Shown here piece by piece: positions 45,442-61,520 of a stretch of 64,000 nt of DNA (position 1 is the stretch's first letter; the number at the start of each line of letters is the position of its first letter). The position numbers were made by a program, and so were the translations under genes. Source of the stretch: the human T2T-CHM13v2.0 reference genome, Homo sapiens. The stretch lies in assembly GCF_009914755.1 (NCBI RefSeq), contig NC_060929.1, one strand, 5' to 3'. A model generated the notes under the pieces. That model did no database searches. It saw nothing but the letters and a program-made list of their open reading frames with translations, and was not told the DNA's origin.

Positions 45442-48400
45442 TTACAACCTGGTCTTCTCATTACTAGGTTGTAAGTGTTCTTCATATATTCTGAATATAA
45501 GACTTTTGAAAAATACATGTACTATGAATGTTTTCTCACAGTGTGTGACTTGTCTTTTAATTTTTAAATCATGTCTTTCACAAAAAGGAAATTTTAATTT
45601 GATAATATCCAATCATACTTATTTTAATTAATCATGCTTTTGATATGCTATTTAAGAAATCTTTGCCTACTCCAAAGTCCTGGAGATTTTTTCCCATGTT
45701 TTCCTCCAAAAGTTTTATATGCTTTAATTTTTATGTTTAGGCCTATGATTCATTTGAATTAATTTGTGTGTGTGGTATATAAATTTTGTGTATGGTGTAA
45801 AGGTTAAGATTCATTTTTTTCCTATAGGGATATCTAGTTTTTCCAGTGCAATTTTATGAAAAGATTATCCTTTTCCCCACCAAATTACTTTGACATATTT
45901 GTTGAAGATATAATATCAATATAATATCAATGTATCACTCTGTTCTGTTTCATTGACCTACATGTACATTCTTATGCCAACTGTCTCGATTGCTATAGCT
46001 TTAAAGTAAGTCTTAAAGTAGTGAGTTCTTGTATATTTTTTTTCCAAATTTGTTTCAATAATTCCAGGTCCTTTGCACAAATATCCATATTTTGGAATCC
46101 ATCTGAGTATTTATTCCAAAACATCTGAAAATTTTGATTGGCATAAGGTTAAATAAATGGATCAAATTGGGAAGAACTGATGTCTTAACAATAGAGAGCC
46201 TTCTAATCCGTCAGTGTATTTCTCCAATTATTGAGGTCTAATTTTCGTAAAAGTATACAGGTTTTGCATATATTTTGATAGATTTAGGCCTAAGTATTCC
46301 ATGTTTTGGTCTGCTAAAAATCAAATTGCTAATATGTGCAGATACAATTGACTTTTGCATATTCAACTTCTATCCAACGACCTTGCTAAATTCCTTTCTT
46401 GGTTCCAGAAAGTTTTTGTAAGTTTCTTAGCATTTTCTGCATACATAATCATGTTATCTGAGTGTAAAAACAATTTTACTTCTTTTTTCCATGATTTATG
46501 CCTCTTGTTTCATATTCTTGACTTTTTGCCGTGGCTAAGATATTGAATAAAATGATGAATAAAAGTGGTGAAATTGAAGAACCTTGTCTTATTCCCAATC
46601 CGAGGAATCAGTCCTTTAAATATGATGTTCGCTATAAGTTTCCATAGACGTCCTTTTTAGTTTGAGAGAGTTCCCATCTATTCATAGTTTGCTAAATAAT
46701 TTGATCATGAATCATGTTAAACCTTGTCAAATATTTTTTTCTGCATCTATTGCAATAATCACATTGTTTTTCAATTTTATTATGTTTGTATAATGAATTA
46801 TAATGATTGATTTTCAAATGTTAAACCAATCTTTTATTTCTGAGATAAATCCCATAATAAAATGATCATGGTGTATTGTCTTTTTTAGACATAACTAGAT
46901 TCAACTTGCCAAAATTTTATGAAGAATTTTTGTTCTTGAAAAATGTTTGACTTTCGCTTTTAAAACGATAAATGCTGGCCACCTAAAACAAGTTGAGGAA
47001 TATTCCCTTTCACTCTATTTTCTAAAAGAGTTTGTATAATTAGTGTTATTTCATGTTCAAATATTTGGTAGAGTTCACCAGTAAAGTTACCTAGGATAGA
47101 GTTTTCTTTATAGAAAGAATTAATTGCAAATTCCATTTTTCTTTGTAGAAAGAATTAAAAGCAAATTAATTAATTGTTTTAGTGGGTGTAGGGTTATTGA
47201 CATTTTAATATTTCTTTTTAAAGCTGTCTTAGTAATATATTTCTTTCCAGGAATTTGTCAGTTTCACTATAATGTTGAATTATTGGCATGATGTTTTAAT
47301 TTCTGTAGTATCTGTAGTACTATCTTCTCTTTTACTTCTAATATGTGTAATTTATATCTCTTCACTTTTCTTCTTGATCAATCTAGCTAGAGGTCTATCA
47401 CTTTCATTAATGTTTCCAAGCATTCAGCTCTTGGTTAAACTGATTTTTTAAATTCATTGTCCATATTCTATTTCACTGATTTCTGCTCCACCTTCATTAG
47501 TTCTTTTCTTCTACATTGCCTTTCACTTGCTATTATTCTAGTTTCTTAAGAGGGAAACTTTGATTATTATTAATTAATCTAATTAATGTATATTAACTTC
47601 CTAGTAATTTCTTCTTTTTCCATGGCTATTTTTAAGTGTCCACTAATTAATTTTTAAGAATTTTCCAGGTATTATTTTATTCTTGATTTCTAATTTAATT
47701 TTGTTGTGTTCAGAAAACACACTATTATTTAAACCATTTTGTATTTATTGAGACTTATTTTATGTTCCAGCATATGTTCTGTTGTATTGAACATTCCATG
47801 TGCACTTGAAAATAATTTATAATCTCCTAATATTAAATAGAGTGTTCTATAAAAATTTATTAGATGTAGTTGGTTGATGGCATTGTTAAAGTCTTCTAGA
47901 CAATTATTGATTTTCTATTTTCTATTACTTTCTATTTTTCTTATAATCTGTCAGTTTTTACTTCATATATTCTACATCTTTCTTAGTAAGTATACACACA
48001 TTTGGAATTGCTTCTTAATAAATTGATCTTTTTATTAATATAGTCACACCAATATATTATGATTAATGTTTGTATACTACATCTCTTTCACTTGCTAATT
48101 TGAATCTATCTGTCTTTATATTTAAAGTGTGTCTCTTACAGACAGAATATAATTTGGTCTTGCTTTTATATCTAGTCTGACAACCTCTGTATTTTAGTAA
48201 GAACGTGTAGTCAACTTGCATTTAAGTAATCATCAATTTGGTCAAGTTTAAATCTCACTTTGCTGTATGGTTCTGATTTGTCCCCTCTGTTCTTTGTTCC
48301 TTTATTCCTGACTTCTTTTGTGGTAATTGTTTTATCACACCATTTACTTATTAGCTATACATCCTTATTTGTGTGTGCATGTATGTGTTTATATGTGTAT

Positions 48401-49281
48401 GTGGCTGTCCTATGGTTTATAATATATCATTTATCTATCACATCTACCATCAAATAATATTCTACCATTTCACATATAATGTAAGAGCCTACAAGGTAAT
48501 GCTTCCAGTCCCTTCTCCAATCTTTTGTGTAACTCTCATTATATTTTCTCCTACATGTTTCTTCTGCAATTTGTTGTTTTTGTCTTAAGATATTGTCAAT
48601 TATCTTATTAAAATTTAGAAATTAGGGAAAATATATTTTTTCTTTCATGTAGATCCAAATTTTTATTTGCTATTATTTTCCTACTGTTTGAAGAATTTTC
48701 TTTAGTATTTCTTTTAGTAAAGATATTATAGTGATACATTGTCTCATCTTTTGTTTGAGAAATTGCCTATTTTATTTTCATTTTTGAAAGAAAATGAATA
48801 TTTTTTAACTTATCAGATTTATTCATTTTGAAGATTTAAGATTCTAGATTTTTAAAGATTTCTTTGGTTTTTTCTTATTTATGATGAGGATTTTATGCTA
48901 ATTCTTACCTTGCTTCTCAGTAAAGTATCTTGATCACTGGCTTCTTTTAAGATGTTTCTTTTTCTATCATAAGTTTTTAGCAATTTGGTTATGATATGCA
49001 TCATTGTGCTTCTTTAAATATTTATCCTTCTTAGGTGTAATTGAGATTCATCAAATGTGAAAAAATTTTGGCCTTTTTCTTCGATTACTTGTATATTGTT
49101 CTTTTTTTCTGGGATTTGTATTACACATATGTTTTGTGTATTACATATATGTATTACACATATGTTAGATTGCTTGACATTGTTCTAGAGGTCTCATCTT
49201 TCTTTATTTACTGTAGATCTAATATGAATCCCATACAGTGAATTATTATTTCAGATATTGTATTTAGTAGTTCTTGAAGTT

Positions 49282-51369
49282 TGTGTTAGTCTGTTTCACA
49301 CTGCTGATAAAAACATACCTGAGACTGGGCAATTTATAAAAGAAAGAGGTTTATTGGACTTACAGTTCCACATGGCTAGGGAAGCCTCACAATCATCGGG
49401 ACACAGAGCCAAACCATATCATTCTGCCCCGGCCCCTCCCAAATGTCATGTCCTCACATTTCAAAACCAATCATGCCTTCCCAACAGTCCCCCAAAGTCT
49501 TAACTGATTTCAGCATTAACTCAGAAGTCCACAGTCCAAAGTCTCACCTGAAACAAAGCAAGTCCCTTCCACCTATGAGCCTGTAAAATCAAAAGCAAGT
49601 TAGTTACTTCCTAGATACAATGGGTGTACAGGAATTTGGTAAATACAGCTGTTCTGAATGGGAGAAATTGGCCAAAACAAAGGGGCTACAGGCCCCATGC
49701 AAGTCCAAAATCCAGTGGGGCAGTCAAATCTTAAAGTTCCAAAATGATCTCCTTTGACTCCATGTCTCGCATCCGAGTTACACTGATGCAAGAGAGAGGT
49801 TCCCATGGTCTTGGGCAGTTCCACCCCTGTGGCTTTGCAGGGCACAGCCTCCCTCCTGGCTGCTTTCACGGGCTGGTGTTGCATGACTGCAGCTTTTCCA
49901 GGCACTCGGTGCAAGCTGTCAGTGGATCTATCACTCTGGGGTCTGGAGGATGGTGGCCCTCTTCTCACAGCTCCACTAGGCAGTGCCCCAGTAGGGACAC
50001 TGTGTGGGAGCTCCCACCCATATTTCCCTTCCACACTGCCCTAGAAGAGGTTCTCCATGAGGACTCTGTCCCTAGAGCAAATTTCTGCCTGGGCATCCAG
50101 GCATTTCCATACATCTTCTGAAATCTAGGCGGAGATTCCCAAACCTCAGTTCTTCTGTGCACTCATAGGCTCAACACCACATGGAAGCTGCCAAGGCCTG
50201 AGTCTCGCACCCTGTGGATCCATGGCCCAAGCTCTATGTTGGACCCTTTCAGCTACGGCTGGAGTGGCTGGGATGCAGAGCACCAAGTCCCTAGGCTGCA
50301 CACGCACAGGGACTCTGGGCCTGGCCCACGAAACTGCTTTTTCCTGCTAGGTCTCTGGGCTTGTGATGGGAAGGACTGCCTTGAAGACTTCTAGCATGCC
50401 CTGGAGACATTTTCCCCATTGTCTTGGGGGTTAACAATCGGTTCCTTGTTACTTATGCAAATTTCTGCAGCCAGCTTGAATTTCTTCTCAGAAAATAGGA
50501 TTTTCTTTCCTGTTGCATCGTCAGGTTGCAAATTTTCTGAACTTTTATGCTCTGCTTCCCTTATAAAACTGAATGCCTTTAACAGCACCCAAATCACATT
50601 TTGAATGCTTTGTTGCTTAGAAATTTCTTCCGCCAGATACCCTAAATCATCTTTCTCAAGTTCAAAGTTCCACAGCTCTCTAGGGCAGGGGCAAAATGCC
50701 ACCAGTCTCTTTGCTAAAACATAACAAGAGTGACCTTCGCTCCAGTTCCCAACAAGTTCCTCATCTCCATGTGAGACCACCTCAGCCTGGACCCTGTTGT
50801 TCATATCACTATCAGCATTTATGTGAAAGCCATTCAGCAAGTCTCTAGGAAGTTCCAAACTTTCCCACATTTTCCTGTCTTCTGAGCCCTCCAAACTCTT
50901 CCAATGTTACCCAGTTCCAAAGTTGCTTCCACATTTTCAGGTATCTTTTCAGCCACACCCCACTCTACTGGTACTAAACAATCTGTATTAGTCTGTATTA
51001 CTGTATTAGTCTGTTTTCACACTGCTGATAAAGACATACATGAGACTGGGCAATTTACACAAGAAAGAGGTTTATTGAACTTACAGTTCCACATGGCTGG
51101 GGGGGGGCCTCACAATCATGGTGGGAGGCAAGGAGGAGAAAGTCATATTTTACGTGGATTGCAGCAGGCAAAAAAAGAGAGCTTGTGCAGGGCAACTTCA
51201 ATTTTTAAAACCATCAGATCTTGTGAGACCCATTCACTATCACAAGAAAAACATGGAAAAAACTTGCCCCCTAATTCAATCATCTCTCACCAGGTCCTTC
51301 CCACAACACATGGAAATTATGGGAGCTACAAAATAAATTTGGGTGGGGACATAGAGCCAAACCATATCA
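49282..51369 (-). mobile_element. THE1A MaLR provirus (LTR-internal-LTR)
   Basis: LTRs at 49282-49421 (internally deleted) and ~51002-51369; THE1 internal region 49422-~50983; perfect TSD AAGTT at 49277-49281 and 51370-51374. Confidence 0.93.
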
Positions 51370-51798
51370 AAGTTCTTTTTGTATCTTTATTATTATCTTC
51401 CCTGTGTCTCCTCATGATGTTCATACTTTCTTTTAAATCTATCATCTTTGATAATTTCATTTTCTCTGAGATTTCTGGGTCTATTTTGCCTTATTGATTT
51501 TTGTCCTGACAATTTCACATGTATTGGCTTCTTTGCCTATCTACTAATTTTTGGTTGGATGCTGGACATTTGTGTGTGTGTGTCTGACATGTTGAGCATC
51601 TGGATTTTTTTTTTCCTTTAAAGATAGATGGAGTTTATTTTAATAGGCAGCTAAATTACTTGTATATCAACTGGATTATTTTGAGGCTTGGCTTTTAGAT
51701 CTGCTAGAATGTGTCTAATGTAGTGTTTACTACAGGGCTAATTTGGCCCATCTATTAAGGCTTGATCTTTCTAGGGTATCTACTTAATGCCTCAGGTG

Positions 51799-52785
<987 letters not shown>

Positions 52786-53180
52786 GTGTTCATTTTCTGA
52801 AGACAAGAGATGGAGGGTTGCATGCAGGTTGCTAGGGGACTGCTCCTGTGAGATACACCTGCAAAGAAGTGAAGAAGACAGGAGTGGAGGAAAGGCAAAG
52901 GGTTGAGCTGACCTGCCACACAGTTTAACTGAGACCTCAGACAACCTTCTGAGAAGCTCTGGAGCCATTGTATTAAGACAAGATTTTTGGGCTTTTAAAT
53001 GTCTGGACTTTGACTGCAGGGCACACCATGGGAGAGAGAATAACCTTGAGTAAGGCAGTTTCCTTTTGCCAAGGGCAATTCCCATGCACAAATCAACTGT
53101 GAACCTTCAAAAGCTGAAACGCTGAGCATCTGGGTAAGGACCTTGAAGAGAGGACCTAAAAGGAACAACAAAGGATTTCC
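52786..53180 (-). mobile_element. LTR16A/B-like 5' LTR
   Basis: gagatggagggttgcatgcagg...gatacacctg...gttgagctg...gaagctctggagc...ccttgagtaaggcag...gccaagggcaattcc. Confidence 0.7.
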
Positions 53181-53420
53181 CCTTTTTCCTAATTTCTGCC
53201 TCTCTGCTACTCAATCATGTGGCAGTGCCTAAGCCTGTGTTTTAAGGATTTTTTTTTTAAGACAGCAGAGTAAGACACAGAGCAAAAGCATAAATTATAC
53301 CAGTTATTTGACTATTGTCTCTCCAAAAACTACTTCCCACACTGTGTTCTACAGTACTGGTGCTGAGACTCTGCAAATATATTTTTTCCAAATTTCTTTG
53401 CCAGTATCTTTAGGCAATGA

Positions 53421-54712
<1,292 letters not shown>

Positions 54713-56383
54713 ACTGGGCTATTGCTGAGTTTCCCTTCTGTTTTTTTCAGCTTTTCAATTCCTCTGAAATTAATCTCCTATATTCAATTTTCTCTGTCAA
54801 CATACCTCCTGTGATTTGTTTTCTTGACATATTCTGCCTGAAACAGTTGTTTGTAAAAAGAAAAGAAGGTAGCAGAGTTCCTTGTGCTTGAGAATAATTT
54901 TGATAATTTGGAACAGCTCCTTTAGTGAGTTAGTGCAAGAATTTGTTGCGCTGAACCGAAAACTATCTACGAATTTTCAGTAGCACCATTTGCATAATGG
55001 TATCACTGCTTCTGGCAGCCAAGTTGTAAGAGGAGCAAAGGCAAACATTTGAGTTGACTAAAGGTTTGCTGAGTAGATACATTATCAGAAGGGCAGGGGG
55101 CAAAGTTATTGAGGATGCTATCAGAAAGCAGTTTTAAGTCAGAAATCACCCTGAATACCGTCCAGTACACAATAAAACTTTTTTCACAGAGAAATCAAAC
55201 TGTATAAGCCATATAAATAGAACTTGATATCAAAGCTTTCTTATAGTAGTACTTAGAAGTGAAAAGACTGTACTGTTTTTTCATATCTGTCTAAAGTTTC
55301 AATGATGTAATCATATTATCATATGATCAAATATTTCATAAAATCTTTGCTAAGCAAAACTAGTTCATTGCTATGGAGTCATCATTTGGATTCTGTTTAG
55401 GTTACATGTAGTTAATAAAGAAATAAATAGCTGAACTCTCTGTTTTGCCTCTTATCTTTCACTTCCTTTGTCAAACACTCAAAGCTCAGGGAGGGTCACT
55501 TGAGCACAAACTGTTGCAAATTTCCAGAATAACAGCTGATTCTGTAATCTTGTATTGTGTAATAAGATTCTGGAGAACTACCTTGTCAGAGTTAAGACTG
55601 TCTCTGTCAGCAAAACTTGCCATTTGCTATTGCAAAATATGGTTGAAGACAACTCATAATCTTGGGCTACCTAATTAAGGAAACTTTTAAAAATGATCTT
55701 CCTGACAAAGATTACAGCCCCATGAGCCATCCTTACCTATACCTCAATTCCTTTAAGGAAGTTAAATCGTATGTAGGAAATAATCTCTTTAGGATACAGC
55801 CCAGTAGTTCCTCCTCTAATACAGACATTGTTCCTTCAAAGAGCTCACTGTCTCCTCCATCTCGGTTAAGCTTGGTTCTTCCTATGGCATCACTTATCAC
55901 TTATTCCTCAGATGGAACTAGAGATGTTTCTAAGGGTTTCTCCCACTCTATACCTAATTAATTGCTCTAGGGGAAGAAAAATGTCTTGTCTTTTATAATC
56001 TTGAGAAAGCATGCCTCCTTGTGGCAATAAACACAATTCTTTTAATCAATTAGAGACATTTCTGTTTGGTTGTGGCATTTTTGGTTGGAAAACAACAAAC
56101 TCCATTTAAATAAAACCAAGAAGAAAATTGCATCTTGAATTGGGCTCTTCCATACTCCCTAAAGTTCTTCCTGTATTCCAAAGTATTTCAGACCAATGAG
56201 TATTTGCTGAAACTGGGCAAGGTGGGAAAGCAAGAGAGCATGCTAGAGAATGGCAAAGTCTCCACACCATGAGAAACCTGAGAGATAGTAAAATGACACA
56301 TCCTGTGAAAGAGATTTTTCAGGTGAATGGTACACAGACCAGGTTTTGGAAGGAACTTGCACCTGGATTATAATTAACCCAGG

Positions 56384-56580
56384 TGTTCGTGTTATCCATT
56401 AGTGTGTAACAAAACACGGGTGATCTAAAATAACAATCATCTATTTGTTCAGGATTCTGCAATCTGAGGCTGAACGCAACTCAATGTTTTGTTGGTTTCA
56501 TCTGGGGTCTCTCACGTGTCTACAGTTGTCTGGGAAATTGACTGAGACTGGAAAATCCAAAATGGACTCACTCATACCTC
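56384..56580 (-). mobile_element. MLT1F/G/H-type LTR fragment
   Basis: gtgtgtaacaaa...aaaataacaatcat...gattctgcaatctg...ctggaaaatccaaaatggactcactca. Confidence 0.65.
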
Positions 56581-56859
56581 TACTGCTTCATTTGTCAGTG
56601 GCTCTCCATAGATTGTAAATGTTACATCTTCTTGTAATAGTATGTTTTCTTCTTCCCCTTATTTCTTAGTTTCATTTAAGTAAACTATCTCACCTGAGAT
56701 ATTTTTTTTCTACCCTAAGTATTCCAAAGCACCGTGTGCATTGGCCCCAAACCCCAATATCATGGCTGCATTTTAACTTCCTTTTCTCTCTCTGTATCCT
56801 CACCTCCCACCCATCCTACTTTGGCTTCAGCCCCTACCCCTACCCTTATGCTAACTAAA

Positions 56860-56975
56860 ACACAGATTAGATGTAGTTGCTTCAGAGCAGACTCTTCTTG
56901 TTCATGGTTTTATTCCCAGTTTCTGACATAGTGCCTGGAACAGAATAAGGGATCAGTATGTATGTGTGGAGGAAT
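56860..56975 (+). mobile_element. L2 3' end
   Basis: tcttgttca...ttcccag...catagtgcctggaacagaataag. Confidence 0.65.
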
Positions 56976-57479
56976 TATCACCAAATATCAAAATCATGAA
57001 TAGAAAGTAAAAATGAAAATTGCATTCCACCCAATGGAATTTCCACAAATAAATAACAGAAGTCATTCAAAAGGATGTAAAGTCCAGGGGTTCAAATGAA
57101 GAGTCATTACAATGAGGTAATGGCAGCATTTGATAAAAATCCATTGCTTCATAAGCATATTTGATCAAAATAGATTTCTTCAAGAAAAACAAAAAGTACA
57201 GAATGAATCATTTAATAAAGAGAGATGAAGCAATAATATTAGTGTAGAATTGTTCACCATGTCTGAGTATGTGAAAAACCTAACAAAGTCATTTTAAGCC
57301 AAAGAGGTTTTTTTCATCTAAGCTTATTTTCACCATTTATGTGATCACAAACTAGTCTCTAATTCTTATTTTTTGGACATCATGATATATAAATCAATGA
57401 ATGAAAAAAAAAAACCACTCAGTAAAACAAGAGAAAACATGTGGTTGTTGTCCAATCTTTTAGTCTCTAAAATTATAAA

Positions 57480-57780
57480 GCCTTCCCAGGATTTTATATT
57501 TGGCACTGAAAGCCCTTTCACCCAGCTACATCTTTACCCACTTGGTTAACTTATATTCTTTCTTCAATATTCAGGTAACTTTTTATCTATTCTAAGAAGT
57601 CATCTAGAAATCATTCTGACTGTATTAGGTAACATCGCACAGGCTCCCCAAGTACTATCTCCTAGCATTGTGATACCCCATTAAAATGATGTATTCACTC
57701 ACCCATTACATTACAACCTCTTTGAATGCAAGGAGAGTACCTAATATGCAATAGACACTCAATAAATGTTTGTGGAAGGA
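57480..57780 (+). mobile_element. L2 3' fragment
   Basis: ctttcttcaatattcag...ctctttgaatgcaagga...cactcaataaatgtttgtggaa. Confidence 0.65.
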
Positions 57781-58119
57781 AAGATTGTTGGGAGAAGGAC
57801 TATGTACCATTACATGGTTACTGGGGTGACCATGGGGTGGTACACTAGGGTACTGATAATCATTCAGTACAATTGGAAGGATGTCTACGAGTCATGGCTT
57901 TTGTTCATCTTACCTGAATGTGTTGTTCTGTATATATTTCCACATTCTCCCATCCAATCATGATCCATGGGTCTGCGTTCATGATGAGTGATCCCCTCAG
58001 GGGATGAGGCAGAGCAAGGGCATAGGGAATGAGAAGACTGGGGAGGGAGAATGAAAAAGGAATGGAGAATAACCCAGGAATCATCCCCTCCTAAGTGAAG
58101 ATTACTTCCAACCCTTAAC

Positions 58120-58340
58120 AATGATGACAAATTAACATTTATTTATTGAGGACTTTTCTAACATACACTGTGCTAAGCAACCCCAAGCCTTGCTTCTTTT
58201 CATCCTCACAAAATGCCTATGAGCTACATGTGCATGAGAAAAGCAGCATTGAGTTATATGTTGGGGAAATAGCAGAAACTTGGATTGAGTTTAGTTCTGG
58301 CGAATCCATAAACTCATATTCCCTTTTCACCACTACACTA
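58120..58340 (-). mobile_element. MIR
   Basis: aacatttatttattgaggact...cactgtgctaagc...tcatcctcacaaaatgcctatgag...cttttcaccactacac. Confidence 0.75.
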
Positions 58341-58839
58341 TGTGGCTCCAGCATCCCTAAGCCAGCAAGGAAGTTCTTATCTTCCTACTAAAACCTGCCC
58401 TCTGAGTCTAGTAATGGCAAGTATAAAAGTTTTTCAAAATATTGGGATTATTATTCTATTGTTTCCTAATAATTTATTTACTTACTTTTACAACAAACAC
58501 ACCCTCAGACTTTGAGGTCTATAGTCTAAGAGAGAGAAGGCAAAATTCTCTGCTGAAATTTTAGTCTATTTCCACTTCAGGAGGCAACACTAGAGTCAGA
58601 TAGTGATCAAATTGTCACTTTATTGTTGGTACAGCTAGATTGGAGAACATGGCATGGAATCAAAAGTCTACTTCCCCATCCCAGTACTGAACTTACCACC
58701 CAGTCACTGGCAAAACAGTTGGACAACCAGGCAACTGTGGCCACTCTCCTAGTTCACATCCAACTTCCCATCTCCCCTATTCCCAGAAAGGGTGGCAGTG
58801 TGCTTGTTTGTTGATCCTTTTGCCAAATAGAGGTAGGAA

Positions 58840-58935
58840 CAGGATTAGCAACACAATTTGCAAAGTCCAGAGCAAAATAATATGTGGGACCCTTTGGCCA
58901 AAACCAGGAAGAAGTGCTGTTAAAGATAATATACA
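58840..58935 (-). mobile_element. MER45-family terminal fragment
   Basis: caggattagcaacacaatttgcaaagtccagagcaaaat...gggaccctttggccaaaaccaggaagaagtgc resembles 12531-12625. Confidence 0.55.
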
Positions 58936-59327
58936 AACCGTTTTTCTTTCTTCTGAGACGTCGCTCTTAACTTGTGGTTTTATTTGCTACTTAATATCTT
59001 TCTAAGAAAAGAAAAGTGAGAATTTTCTATTACTAGCAGTGCCAAATAGTGATTTTTACCAAAAATTATTTTGATCTATGAGCTGACAACTTGTTTAAGA
59101 ACTCCTGAAATGTTGTTAAATGCAAATAATTGAAAACATCTGATTGCAAAATCTATTACCAGTTCATTTGAGTCATTCATTTTCTCATAACCAACACTTA
59201 TCAAATTATTGATAATTAAATCTGTTATCCTTTCAGCTAGAGGCTTTTTGTATAGCATGATACATTAAGAGAGAATAGAAAACTTAAATTATCATGACTT
59301 GTATAATCTTTTTCCAATATAATTTTT

Positions 59328-59617
59328 ATTTTATTTATTTCTTTACTTATTTGAGACAGGGTCTCACTCTGTTGCCCAGGTTGGAGTGCAGCTTCAAACC
59401 TCCAAAGCTCAAGTGATACTTTCACCTCAGCATCCCCAGTAGCTAGGACCACAGGCATGTACCACCACACTTGGCTAATTTTTGTTGTTTTTGTTTGTAG
59501 AGATGGAGCTTCACCATGTTGCCCAAGCTGGTCTTGAACTCCTGCGCTCAAGCTATTCTTCTACTTTGGCCTCCCAACGTGCCGGTATTTTACAGGTGTG
59601 AGTCACCATGCCTGATC
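59328..59617 (-). mobile_element. AluJ (Jo/Jr) with a ~20-bp deletion
   Basis: gagacagggtctcac, gctcaagtgat and ttgcccaagctgg are J-type; TSD tcca(a/g)tataattttt at 59313-59327 and 59618-59632. Confidence 0.92.
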
Positions 59618-60669
59618 TCCAGTATAATTTTTTAAATAGACTCTTCTTATGTTATGTATTTTGAATACATTTTGTCATATCTTTAGACCTGTTGATTTAT
59701 CATTTTTATCACGTAACTTATATAGAAAGTCTCCATCATACAACTTTATTGGCAAACCCAATAATGGTTGTCAAGTGCTTCAGCTAAGTCAGACTTATTT
59801 TCTTGCAGAAAAGAAGCTAACTTTAAGTAAAAATAAACATGTTAATATGAGTTTTATAGACTATGAAACCATGGACAAATAAATATACAGGAAATATATT
59901 AAAGGTAGATTACAAAACGCAATCAAGTCAAACTTATTATCGTATAATCCAGTGTAAGAAATTCAGCCATTTATAATAGGTTTTAAAAAAGATTAATCTC
60001 ATTACTTAATTTGTAACAAATGCAATGTTTTGTGTAACTAAATTATAAGTTATTCATTAATTGGGAAGTATAATTGTGTGTGTTTATGTATCAAACTTCA
60101 GTGTTTGCCTTCAAGGAATAATTAAATGAGAACCATTCATAAAAATCAAAAATAATTTTAGTAATTTAATTGTATATCATGATCAAAACTTTTCCATGTG
60201 GTAGTAAAGGATAAAGGTATATACAGTTAAAAACTGTTAAGATTAGTACATGACATGTACATTTTTTCTTAATAAAAAATTGAAAATATTAAAAAATGAG
60301 ATTGAGAATATAAAATGAATATTGTTTAATGTTAGCGTATTAAATAAATGTTAGTTAATGTTAAATATTAAATGAAATTCATCATTTTATAAAATGAAAT
60401 GACAATTGTCTAATTGGAATAAGTAATTTATGATAAGATTTGTTATACAAGTTTTAACTACCATGTTAAAAAGACACACTGAATCTAAAATAAGTCACAT
60501 AAGATTTTTATCTGTTAGCTTTAGTCAAGTTATCTGAAATATTTCTGCAGTCTTATAAAATATTTTATTTACATTTAAAAGAATTACCAGTATTGACATC
60601 TTTGGCATTGACTATGCCTTCCATTCCAACAAATATCACATCCTAGAGATGAAAATTGAGACTAAAGAA

Positions 60670-61140
60670 TAATTGCTTACATTTATTGGTATTTCCCTCA
60701 CAAGAATGTATGTTCCACAGGAGCAAAGATCTTTGTTTTTCGTTGTTGTTGTTGTTGTTTGAGACAGAGTCTCACTCTGTCGCCCAGGCTGGAGTACAGA
60801 GGTGCCATCTTGGCTCACTGAAGCCTCCACTTCCTGGGTTCCAGCAATTCTCCTGCTTAAGCCTCCCGGGTAGCTGGAATTACAGGCACGCACCAACACA
60901 CCTGGCTAATGTTTGTATTTTTAGTAGAGATGAGGTTTCGCCATGTTGGCCAGGCTGGTCTCAAACTCCTGACCTCAGGTGATCTGCCGACCTTGGCCTC
61001 TCAAAGTGCTAGGATTACAGGCGTGAGCCACTGCGCCCAGCCAGGATTTTTGTTTTGTTCACTGATGTTTCTCATGTGCATAGAATATGACTGACATTTA
61101 GTCAGCAGTCAAAAACGTTTGTTTAAAGAAAGAAGGAATG
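60670..61140 (+). mobile_element. L2a 3' end, split by an Alu
   Basis: agaatgtatgttccacaggagcaaagat|...tgttttgttcactgatgt...tagaatatgactgaca...tttgtttaaagaaagaa. Confidence 0.75.
60740..61042 (-). mobile_element. AluSx with (AAC)n tail
   Basis: ctgacctcaggtgatc; TSD a(a/g)gat(c/t)tttgtttt at 60726-60739 and 61043-61056. Confidence 0.95.
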
Positions 61141-61249
61141 TCTTTAAATATTCAATATATTATATCTATAAGATCAATTCTTAGCAGTGTGATCCTGGTT
61201 CTTTAGGTAATTTATATTTTATATTAATAGAAATAATAAATTAATAGAC

Positions 61250-61520
61250 ATAACCAAAATATTTTTTAAAGTTTGTACCAATCTATCTACAAGACTGTAA
61301 CAGTCTACAGTCCTTTCAACAAAAAGCAAAATTATAGTTTTCCTACATCCTCATCAATATTTGGTACTTTCACTCACTTTTTAATTTTTTTGCCAATCTG
61401 ACAAGCACAGTTTTTAAAATGGCATTTCACTGTGGCTTACATTTATTTTTCATTACTTATTACTGATGTTCATCATCTTTTTATGTGTATATCAGTCATT
61501 TGCATTTTTCAGTAACATGT
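61250..61520 (-). mobile_element. L1ME fragment
   Basis: cctacatcctcatcaatatttgg...ttttgccaatctga...aaatggcatttcactgtgg...cagtcatttgcatt. Confidence 0.65.

Noticed and set aside
47102-47167. 35-bp tandem duplication, plus small ones near 45908-45930 and 49117-49163
   Set aside because: Routine slippage events inside a decayed L1M, with no functional signal.
49600-51497. Several 125-197-aa ORFs
   Set aside because: They lie within THE1A internal/LTR sequence and are MaLR remnants or antisense frames, not host genes.
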